From NCBI GenBank assembly GCA_049606355.1, contig JBMYVL010000001.1, positions 30,001-62,000 of the forward strand: a stretch of 32,000 nt of DNA. The letters are read 5' to 3'. The DNA comes from Opitutales bacterium. Its GTDB lineage: Bacteria; Verrucomicrobiota; Verrucomicrobiia; Opitutales; Coraliomargaritaceae. The notes beneath the pieces are model-generated. The model ran no database searches, had not been told where the DNA came from, and saw nothing but the letters and a program-made list of their open reading frames with translations. Numbering within the stretch: the stretch's first letter is position 1; every line of letters starts with the position of its first letter. Below, piece by piece: positions 17,444-24,820 of this stretch. The position numbers were made by a program, and so were the translations under genes.

Positions 17444-19300
17444 TTGTCTCGTGATGATTCTCTAAAGTCAAATTTCATGGTCGCGGTGACAGCACTCTTC
17501 TCATCTGTAAGGCGCATTTTTAATGCAGCCAGAGCCTACAATTCGATCGACTTCTGCCCGCTACTCAAGACCCTTTCGGGATACCGCATCGCCTACCTCG
17601 GCGGAGATCTGCGTGCCGGCCTCAATGTCGCCCTCCTTGCTTTCCCGCAAGGAATGGCTTATGCGTTAGTTGCCGGACTTCCGATTGAATACGGCATTTA
17701 TGGATCGGCAGTCGCAGCACTAGTCGGGCCCATCTTTGCGAAGAGCCGATATATTACCATGGGGCCAACGAATGCGACTTCGGTGCTCCTGCTCAGTGCC
17801 TTCGCCAGCCTTGGCATCACGGGGAGCGATCAACTCATGCTGGTACCGCTACTGGTGTTACTCACGGGTGTCTTTATTATGCTCGGGGCTTATTTCAAAG
17901 TCGCGAACCTTGTACAGTATATTTCCCGCTCCGTCATCACGGGCTACATCACTGCGGCCGCATTGCTGATCATAACGAATCAAATCCCCAAGACACTTGG
18001 ACTTGATTTAGACGGCCAAAAAGGTGCTACCTTTTTTGAATCGGTACAACTGATCGCCGGTGCGTTAAACACCACGCAGAGCGTCACATTGGGCGTGAGT
18101 CTCTTGACCGCCCTGCTGTTCATCCTGCTCAGTTGGAAGTTCAAATCACTACCAAATGTAGCGATCTCTCTGATCGTGCTTTCAGTCGTGAGTGCACTAT
18201 GGATTGACGGGACTCACGAGGTTGCACACTTAAGCCAAATTGATACCCATGCCTGGGCACTCAGCGTCCCACAAGTATCCCTCGACGCGCTCTCATTACT
18301 GGCCGGCCCAGCGCTCGCGATCGCCCTACTTTGTGTGCTGGAAGGTATTTCTATCGGCAAGTCTCTGGCGGCCAAGACCGGCGCTCGCCTCGATGCCAAC
18401 CAAGCGATGTTCTCCATCGGCGCCAGCAACATTGCCTGTGCGCTCCTCTCGGGGATGCCCGCATCCGGCTCACTGACCCGTTCTTCCTTAGCAGAAAGCA
18501 GCGGCGTTCGCACACCGGTCGCCAGCATTCTGAGTGGCCTGATTATCTTGGCGGGCGCATTTGCCGTAGGTCCGTTCACCAAATACATACCACAATGCAC
18601 ACTCGCGGTGCTGGTCATCGCGATTGGGATCTCGCTGATTAATAAACGTACGATCAAAATCGTCACCCGCGCGACCCGTTCAGATGCGATTGTCTTCGGT
18701 GTGACCTTTGGCAGCAGCATGCTGTTACCACTCGATACCGCGATCTATATTGGCGTAGGGGTCTCGATTCTGCTGTTTCTGAAAAAAGTCGCGCGACCGG
18801 ACATGGTCGAATACGCTTTTAACGAAAAAGGGGAACTCGCGGAAATGCCCAATCAATCCAGCCGTGAGCTGCCGGAAGTTTCCATCGTCCACGTTGAAGG
18901 TGAATTATTTTTTGGAGCTGCCGATTTGTTTCGCGATCAGATGCGCCGTATCTGTGAAGACCCTAACCTTAAGATCGTTGTCCTTAAGATGCGCAACGCC
19001 CACCACATGGATGCCACCGGCGTCATGGCGCTCGAAGAACTGGTGCGTTATATGAATGAGATGGGGCGCTATTTGATCCTCAGTGAAGCCAAAGTTGACC
19101 TAATCCGCGTCCTTAAAAACGCCGGGCTGTATGATTACATTGAGGCGCGTAATATTTTCACGGATGATCCTCAAAATCCGACGCTTTCAACCGCACTGGC
19201 ATTGAGGCGCGCTAAAGAACACTTAGGTGATGCAGATGCGAACGTTTCCATCTATGTCGACCCGGTCCGCGATCATGACAAAAAAGGCGATCGCCATTAA
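17444..19300 (+). CDS. SulP-family anion transporter with C-terminal STAS domain
   Basis: 618 aa. SulP TM core (AFPQGMAYALVAGLP, ITGYITAAALLI) plus STAS (VHVEGELFFGAADLF...VLKMRNAHHMDATG). TTG start in the track, with an alternative ATG at 17477. Confidence 0.9.
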   Translation: MSRDDSLKSNFMVAVTALFSSVRRIFNAARAYNSIDFCPLLKTLSGYRIAYLGGDLRAGLNVALLAFPQGMAYALVAGLPIEYGIYGSAVAALVGPIFAKSRYITMGPTNATSVLLLSAFASLGITGSDQLMLVPLLVLLTGVFIMLGAYFKVANLVQYISRSVITGYITAAALLIITNQIPKTLGLDLDGQKGATFFESVQLIAGALNTTQSVTLGVSLLTALLFILLSWKFKSLPNVAISLIVLSVVSALWIDGTHEVAHLSQIDTHAWALSVPQVSLDALSLLAGPALAIALLCVLEGISIGKSLAAKTGARLDANQAMFSIGASNIACALLSGMPASGSLTRSSLAESSGVRTPVASILSGLIILAGAFAVGPFTKYIPQCTLAVLVIAIGISLINKRTIKIVTRATRSDAIVFGVTFGSSMLLPLDTAIYIGVGVSILLFLKKVARPDMVEYAFNEKGELAEMPNQSSRELPEVSIVHVEGELFFGAADLFRDQMRRICEDPNLKIVVLKMRNAHHMDATGVMALEELVRYMNEMGRYLILSEAKVDLIRVLKNAGLYDYIEARNIFTDDPQNPTLSTALALRRAKEHLGDADANVSIYVDPVRDHDKKGDRH

Positions 19301-19749
19301 GCTTCTTCGGCTTCGCCATTGAACTCTGGCAAGGACTCCCGGAGCTGTCGCTCGTCAACAAAATCCTGCAAAATCAGTGCCGCGGCGCGTGAATCGATTT
19401 CTCCACTTTGCCGACTGGGCTTCTTCTTCTGAGCGCGCAAACCTTGCTCTACGGTGTGACTGGAGAGCCGCTCATCGACACGGTGCACCGGCAAGCGAAA
19501 GCGTTTTTCAAGCTCTGCGATAAACGCATCCACTTCTTTCGCCTTAAAGCCCACGCTGCCATTCATATTCAAAGGGTAGCCCACCACCAGTTCATGAATA
19601 CAACGCTCGGCAATACAGTTCTCGATGTGCTGCATTCGTTCTTTCTTCGAAGGCGCCACTGCAGCGGGAACAGGCAAAGCCACACCAATCGCATCCGCAT
19701 ATGCGAGACCGATGCGTTTTTCGCCCCAATCTATACCTAGATAGTTAAT
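19297..19749 (-). CDS. ruvX: Holliday-junction resolvase-like RuvX (YqgF); 5' end extended to a putative ATT start
   Basis: The track ORF starts at an internal GTG (19683). The conserved N-terminal LGIDWGEKRIGLAYAD motif with its catalytic Asp is encoded in frame upstream (19740-19693). No ATG/GTG/TTG lies between it and the upstream in-frame TAA. Confidence 0.75.
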   Translation of the reverse strand: MNYLGIDWGEKRIGLAYADAIGVALPVPAAVAPSKKERMQHIENCIAERCIHELVVGYPLNMNGSVGFKAKEVDAFIAELEKRFRLPVHRVDERLSSHTVEQGLRAQKKKPSRQSGEIDSRAAALILQDFVDERQLRESLPEFNGEAEEA

Positions 19750-19767
19750 GTGTAATCTTCGCTGTAG

Positions 19768-20859
19768 TTACATCAGCCGCTTGTAAGCCTCTTGTGCACC
19801 GATGGACTGCACGAGGGCTTTGAGGTCCTGCGCTTTATCTTTGTGGCAAACCAGTGTGGCATCCTCGGTCTTCACAACAATCAAGTCGTCGACCCCCAGT
19901 AACGCGACGAGATGATCCGGATCTCGAGAAAACACAATATTACCAGAGGACGCTTCGAGATGCGCGGCACCGCGGACCACATTGCCCGCGCTATCGGCAG
20001 GGTAATGACGCGCTACGGCAGGCCACTCACCGACATCATCCCAATCAAAGCCCGATTCAACCATGACCACATTCGTGGCCTTCTCAATGATCGCGTAGTC
20101 GATGGAAATCTTCTCGAGCTGCGGGTAATGCGCTGCGAGTTGTTCGTCCAAACCTAGGCCGGCCGCGAGACCGGCATCCATTGCTTGCAAGGCAGCCCAA
20201 AGGTTCGGTGTATTTTTTTCAAGTTCAGCCGCGATCGAAGTCACCGACCAGACAAACATTCCGGCATTCCAAAAATAGTCGCCAGACTCAAGGTACGATT
20301 GCGCGGTGGGTTCGTTCGGCTTTTCGACAAAGCGCCGCACCTGATACACCGTACGTCCCGCATAGTCAGCGATCGGTTCGCCCTGTTGCATATAGCCATA
20401 GCCGGTTGCCGGAAAGCGTGCCGTTATCCCGATGGTAGCCAAAACAGGCTGCGCCTCTGCGGCTTGAAAGGCCGTCTCAAGTGTCTCTCGTAATCCCTGG
20501 GCATCATGAATCACTGCATCTGCTGGAAGCATCGCAAAGGATGCCTGTGGGTCCTCGCGACGGACCAGTATCGTCGCCAGGCCAACCGCAGCGGCCGTAT
20601 CACGCCCCATCGGTTCGCCAATTACTTTTGCCGAATCCAAATTCGGGCAGACCTCCAACACTGCCGCACGTTGCTCCGCATTGGTTATCACAAAAATATC
20701 CTGGGGCGCTACGAGCCCCTCAAGCCGCTGCACAGTCTGCGCCAGCATCGCCGTATCGCCAACAATCGGCAACAGCTGCTTGGGTCGAGCTAAACGACTT
20801 TCCGGCCAAAAACGCTCGCCTCGGCCGCCTGCCATAATCACTACAAATCGTTTTCCCAT
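19768..20859 (-). CDS. manC: Mannose-1-phosphate guanylyltransferase (GDP-mannose pyrophosphorylase)
   Basis: 363 aa. N-terminal nucleotidyltransferase signature VIMAGGRGERFWP...RPKQLL, plus FVEKP, NAGMFVW and DDVGEW motifs. Confidence 0.85.
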   Translation of the reverse strand: MGKRFVVIMAGGRGERFWPESRLARPKQLLPIVGDTAMLAQTVQRLEGLVAPQDIFVITNAEQRAAVLEVCPNLDSAKVIGEPMGRDTAAAVGLATILVRREDPQASFAMLPADAVIHDAQGLRETLETAFQAAEAQPVLATIGITARFPATGYGYMQQGEPIADYAGRTVYQVRRFVEKPNEPTAQSYLESGDYFWNAGMFVWSVTSIAAELEKNTPNLWAALQAMDAGLAAGLGLDEQLAAHYPQLEKISIDYAIIEKATNVVMVESGFDWDDVGEWPAVARHYPADSAGNVVRGAAHLEASSGNIVFSRDPDHLVALLGVDDLIVVKTEDATLVCHKDKAQDLKALVQSIGAQEAYKRLM

Positions 20860-20950
20860 ACGGGCTAAGCTTGGCGGCAGCTAAAAAATGGCAAGGACGG
20901 AGTTTCGACAAAGGTTGCCTTCCGGAGAAAGATGAAGGATCACATCAACC

Positions 20951-21964
20951 ATGTCCTTGACTCCGAATGATCATGAAAAGCTGCGTCAATTGCTCTGCAA
21001 ACTCGAGCGTCATATACTCGAATGCATCCTCGAGGAGCGGGCGAAGCACTCGACCGACCAACTCGCCGCGATCAGCGATCAAACTGCCGCCGATGTCATT
21101 TACGCAATCGATCGAATTGCCGACACCGCCATCCATGAATGGTTTCAAGCAAACTGGCCTGCCGACTGGCCAATCGAAATCATCATGGAAGGACTCGACG
21201 ACGATACCTCGCTCTGCTTCCCGCAGGGAACCAAGCTCAAGGATACCAAACTCGTCTGCATTATCGACCCGATCGACGGCACGCGTGGTATTATGTATGA
21301 CAAGCGCGCGGCTTGGATCCTTGCCGGCATCGCGCCACAGCGCTTCGAAGCCAATCGTTTGCGCAATATCGAAGTCGCCTGCATGACCGAGATTCCCACG
21401 ACTCGCCAATGGCGAGCGGATCAGGTCAGTGCGATTCGCGGGCAGGGAATTAAAACTACGATCCTCGATGTAAGGAATCAATACGCAGAGAGCGACATCG
21501 AACTACAACCAAGCCAAGCGAGCGAAGTGCAGCATGCGTTTGGCACCGTCATTCGTTTCTTTCCGGCCGGCTGCACCCTACTCGCTCAAATCGAGGAAAG
21601 CCTCTGGGATAGTGTCTATAACAAGCCCAGCGACGGAACGCCATTGATCTTCAACGACCAATATATTTCCACCGGCGGGCAGTTTTATGAAATTCTGAGC
21701 GGCCACGACCGCTTCATTGCCGACCTGCGTCCGATCGCCTTTCGAGCACTGGATATGGAGGAACACCTGACATGTCATCCTTACGATGTCGCCTGTGCCT
21801 TAATTCTGGAAGAAGCCGGGTGCCCATTGGAACATCCGGATGGCAGCCCATTGGACTGCCCACTCGATACCACCAGCGCGGTTAGCTGGGTCGCGTATGC
21901 CAATGAGGACTTGGCGACGAAGATCCGACCTCAACTCAAGAAGGTGCTTTCCAAACTGACCTGA
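20951..21964 (+). CDS. Divergent inositol-monophosphatase/FBPase-superfamily phosphatase
   Basis: 337 aa. Motif A CIIDPIDGTRG and motif-B-like PYDVACALILEEAG. Longer and more divergent than the paralogue at 16640. Confidence 0.7.
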   Translation: MSLTPNDHEKLRQLLCKLERHILECILEERAKHSTDQLAAISDQTAADVIYAIDRIADTAIHEWFQANWPADWPIEIIMEGLDDDTSLCFPQGTKLKDTKLVCIIDPIDGTRGIMYDKRAAWILAGIAPQRFEANRLRNIEVACMTEIPTTRQWRADQVSAIRGQGIKTTILDVRNQYAESDIELQPSQASEVQHAFGTVIRFFPAGCTLLAQIEESLWDSVYNKPSDGTPLIFNDQYISTGGQFYEILSGHDRFIADLRPIAFRALDMEEHLTCHPYDVACALILEEAGCPLEHPDGSPLDCPLDTTSAVSWVAYANEDLATKIRPQLKKVLSKLT

Positions 21965-22030
21965 GGGTTTTCAACAAAGCGGGCTGGAGATGGGAGTCCA
22001 CTAGCTGACTGCACTGGCAGTAATAACAAA

Positions 22031-22062
22031 CAAAAAAGCCCTTCACCAGTCGGCGAAGGGCT
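22031..22062 (-). terminator. Rho-independent terminator of tsf
   Basis: The minus strand reads AGCCCTTCGCCGACTGGTGAAGGGCTTTTTTG. An 8-bp GC-rich stem is followed by a T-run, 24 nt after the tsf stop. Confidence 0.7.
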
Positions 22063-22085
22063 TGTGTAAAAATATAAGCGTGAGC

Positions 22086-22679
22086 TTAAGCGCCAATCTG
22101 GAAACGTGCGAAGCGTTTGATCACCATGTTCTCACCCATCTTAGCAATCATGGCGGTCAGCACTTCCTGAATGCTTTGATCCGGATTTTTCACAAAGGCC
22201 TGTTCGAGGAGGCAGTTTTCAGCAAGGAATTTATTCACCTTACCCTCAACAATCTTCTCAATGGCTTGTGCGGGCTTGCCTTCGGCTTGGCCGCGAGCCA
22301 CTTCACGTTCCTTTTCAAGAAGCTCCTGATCGACGTCTTCGCGAGACACACAAACTGGGTTTGCGGCAGCGATGTGCATGGCGATGTCGCGCACAAACTG
22401 TTTAAAGTCATCCGTCTTCGCGACAAAATCACTCTCACAGTTAATTTCACACAGGACACCGACCTTACCACCGAGGTGGATGTAGGTATCGATCAGACCT
22501 TCGCTGGCATCACGCCCGGCTTTTTTAGCAGCTGAAGCCACGCCCTTCTTGCGTAAGATCTCAATTGCCTTTTCGACATCGCCCTCGGACTCGACCAGAG
22601 CCTTTTTGCAATCCATGAGGCCAGCACCCGTGCTTTCGCGCAGGTCACCCACCATTTTAGCTGTAATTTGTACACTCAT
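22086..22679 (-). CDS. tsf: Translation elongation factor Ts (short form)
   Basis: 197 aa. The N-terminal UBA-like domain KMVGDLRESTGAGLMDCKKALVESEGDVEKAIEILRKKG is diagnostic. Lies downstream of rpsB. Confidence 0.95.
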   Translation of the reverse strand: MSVQITAKMVGDLRESTGAGLMDCKKALVESEGDVEKAIEILRKKGVASAAKKAGRDASEGLIDTYIHLGGKVGVLCEINCESDFVAKTDDFKQFVRDIAMHIAAANPVCVSREDVDQELLEKEREVARGQAEGKPAQAIEKIVEGKVNKFLAENCLLEQAFVKNPDQSIQEVLTAMIAKMGENMVIKRFARFQIGA

Positions 22680-22726
22680 TTTGTTTCGTAAATGCAGTTA
22701 GATGAAAAATGTGGTTTATCCGCGGC

Positions 22727-23551
22727 TTATTTTTCTTCGGGAGTAGGTGCTTCCTTCTCGTCTTCGCCGTAGCCCGCAGGGAGTGTCACTTCAACATCGC
22801 CCTCTTGCTCGAATACTTGCTCACGCACCAGCGGTACCGCACTCTTCTGCACCTTCTTCGCTTCACGCTGCGCAAGACCGTTTTGGATCGCTTCCATGAC
22901 GGTCTCGACGATGATGCGAATCGACTTCACTGCGTCGTCATTGCCAGGGATTGGATAATCCAAGATCGTTGGGTCGGAGTTGGTATCCACTAGACCGATT
23001 ACGGGGATCCCAAGGCGTCTAGCTTCTGCCACGGCGATTTCCTCGTTTTTCGTATCGACCACAAAAAGGGCTGCCGGGAGTTCCTCAATTTCAAGGATAC
23101 CCTCGAAGTTGCGGTTCATACGCGACATTTGACGACGAATCGCAGCTTCTTCCTTACCGGGCAGCTTCTCCAATTCGCCCTCCGTATCCATTTTCAGGAA
23201 CTTGCGGTATTTGGCGAGCGATGTCTTAATCGTAGCAAAGTTTGTCAGGCCTCCACCCATCCAACGGTTCACACAGAAGGGCATCTGGCTCGCGGTGGCA
23301 GCTTCGCGCATGATGTCCTGCGCTTGTTTTTTGGTGCCAATAAAAAGTACGTCTTTCCCAGAGGCGACGGTCTCCTCGAGGTAAGCACAGGCCTTCTCCA
23401 GCAATGCATGGGTTTGCTCCAAATCGATAATGGAGATACCATTACGGTTATCAAACACGTATGGCTTGGACTTTGGATTCCAACGGCGAAGCTGGTGACC
23501 GAAATGTACGCCTGCGTCCAGCAGGTCTTTAGGTGTCGTTTGTATGCTCAT
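22727..23551 (-). CDS. rpsB: 30S ribosomal protein S2
   Basis: LLDAGVHFGHQLRRWNPK, FIGTKKQA, RWMGGGLTN and VDTNSDP motifs. Acidic C-terminal tail. Confidence 0.95.
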   Translation of the reverse strand: MSIQTTPKDLLDAGVHFGHQLRRWNPKSKPYVFDNRNGISIIDLEQTHALLEKACAYLEETVASGKDVLFIGTKKQAQDIMREAATASQMPFCVNRWMGGGLTNFATIKTSLAKYRKFLKMDTEGELEKLPGKEEAAIRRQMSRMNRNFEGILEIEELPAALFVVDTKNEEIAVAEARRLGIPVIGLVDTNSDPTILDYPIPGNDDAVKSIRIIVETVMEAIQNGLAQREAKKVQKSAVPLVREQVFEQEGDVEVTLPAGYGEDEKEAPTPEEK

Positions 23552-23764
23552 GATTGTTCAAAGCCCTTGGCGATGCGCCCCGGGAGAAATAAGTTTTTCT
23601 TTTGGATTTTGGATTGTTGATGTGAAGTTTGCGGAAGGCTAACAGCCCTCCAATTCCTGCTCTTTTGGAACAAGGAAGCGGAGAGGGATAGCAGTCGAAA
23701 CTCCCTTGGCAAGCGAAAAGGAAGCGCGCCGAGAAATACCGCGCAGTTGATGCAGGGTTACGAA

Positions 23765-23794
23765 ACGGGCCAGTTGCGGTAACAACCGGCCCGT
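23765..23794 (-). terminator. Hairpin downstream of the second hsp20 gene
   Basis: The minus strand reads ACGGGCCGGTTGTTACCGCAACTGGCCCGT followed by TTCG. An imperfect GC-rich stem sits 16 nt after the TAG stop, and the U-tract is weak. Confidence 0.4.
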
Positions 23795-23809
23795 GAAGCC
23801 CCTTCGGAA

Positions 23810-24172
23810 CTAGTGGATCTTAATCTTGCGCGGCTTGATCTCTTCAGCCTTTGGCAAGGTAAGGTCCAAAACCCCCGCATCGACGTGCGCAGCAATTTTG
23901 GACGCATCCACGGGTACGTTCAACCGAAGGTTTAAGCGGTAATCGCCTTCCGGTAATTCTCGCCGCAGCGGGCGCCAATCTTCGGGGGTTCGGTTGGTAC
24001 GCGTGCCGGTGATATTCAGGGTTTCCGCTTCAATCGAAATATCCACGGCTTCGCGACTGACGCCCGGCATAACCACCTGAATACTAAATGTATCGTCGGT
24101 TTCGCTGACGTCGTAGCGGGGGCGACGCCACGTATGGGCTGTCGGCTGTACGGTTTGTAGTTCTTGAGTCAT
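23810..24172 (-). CDS. Small heat-shock protein (Hsp20/alpha-crystallin domain), short N-terminal arm
   Basis: 120 aa. The ACD starts about residue 20 (YDVSETDDTFSIQVVMPGV...) and ends GVLDLTLPK. Canonical SD GGAGGA lies 9-10 nt before the ATG. Confidence 0.85.
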   Translation of the reverse strand: MTQELQTVQPTAHTWRRPRYDVSETDDTFSIQVVMPGVSREAVDISIEAETLNITGTRTNRTPEDWRPLRRELPEGDYRLNLRLNVPVDASKIAAHVDAGVLDLTLPKAEEIKPRKIKIH

Positions 24173-24205
24173 CGTATCATTTCCTCCTGTACTAAGGTTT
24201 GAAGT

Positions 24206-24637
24206 TTATTTCACATCGATTCGACGTGGCTTCACTGCGGCTTCTTTCGGCATGGTGACAGTAAGCACACCATCTGCGTAGGTGGCGTCCAGTTCTTCCA
24301 ATTTCACGCCGTCAGGTACGGAGAGCGAGCGCTCGTAGCTATAGCTGCGCTGTTCACTTTCCGTTTCCTTGGTTTCATGCGTACGAACCGTCAAAACGGC
24401 GTTCTCTAGCTGCAGGTCAATCTTGTCGCGCTTGACTCCCGGTAATTCGATGCGCGCATAATAATTGGCATCGTCTTCATAGAGGTCTGCCGCGGGATGA
24501 TGCGAGACCGCTTCAGTGCCGAAGAAATCGTCAAATAAGCTGCCGAAACGCTCAAAAGCGGGCGTTCCGAGATCAAAGAGACGATTGAAAGCACTCGTGC
24601 TCGGTAGTTGTGGATATTCATAGCGTATCAGTTTCAT
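24206..24637 (-). CDS. Small heat-shock protein (Hsp20 family)
   Basis: PAADLYEDDANYYARIELPGVKRDKIDL...GVLTVTMPK. The track start (24691) is rejected. The ATG at 24637 is preceded by AAGGAGGA at 7-nt spacing, and the sigma-54 promoter lies inside the extension. Confidence 0.85.
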   Translation of the reverse strand: MKLIRYEYPQLPSTSAFNRLFDLGTPAFERFGSLFDDFFGTEAVSHHPAADLYEDDANYYARIELPGVKRDKIDLQLENAVLTVRTHETKETESEQRSYSYERSLSVPDGVKLEELDATYADGVLTVTMPKEAAVKPRRIDVK

Positions 24638-24674
24638 ATAGTTTCCTCCTTTGGTTATGGTTGAACTTTTGAAG

Positions 24675-24690
24675 TGCATAGAACATGCCA
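24675..24690 (-). promoter_or_regulatory. Sigma-54 (-24/-12) type promoter for the hsp20-hsp20 operon
   Basis: The minus strand reads TGGCATGTTCTATGCA against the consensus TGGCACG-N4-TTGCW. GG and GC are at the exact consensus spacing. The -12 C lies 39 nt upstream of the ATG at 24637. Confidence 0.5.
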
Positions 24691-24820
24691 AGCCCTAAAA
24701 TTGCACAACCAACTGATTGACAGCGCTATGCGTTATTTAACCGCCGCCCCAAAAGAGACAATATGGCACAGTTAGCGCGCCCACTGCAGCGCTCCGTATA
24801 CTTGTGTCACAATGGCGCGC

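Noticed and set aside
20945-21481. 178-aa ORF antisense to the 5' half of the IMPase-like gene. Similar long antisense or alternative-frame ORFs occur at 10589..11113, 18214..18720, 13917..14351, 15916..16395 and 9639..10073.
   Set aside because: Each lies entirely inside a gene with clear family motifs on the other strand or frame. Their translations are Arg/Ser/Ala/Cys-rich with no recognisable motifs. Such shadow ORFs are expected in GC-rich coding DNA.
24638-24691. N-terminal extension of the first hsp20 ORF (MACSMHFKSSTITKGGNY)
   Set aside because: The internal ATG at 24637 has a perfect AAGGAGGA SD, and the extension would run through the predicted promoter and 5' UTR.
24764-24779. Second TGGCAC-N8-GC element on the plus strand (TGGCACAGTTAGCGCG)
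   Set aside because: It lacks the conserved T at -14 (GCGC instead of TTGC). It points into the 3' end of the opposite-strand isomerase gene with nothing to transcribe. Most likely a chance match.
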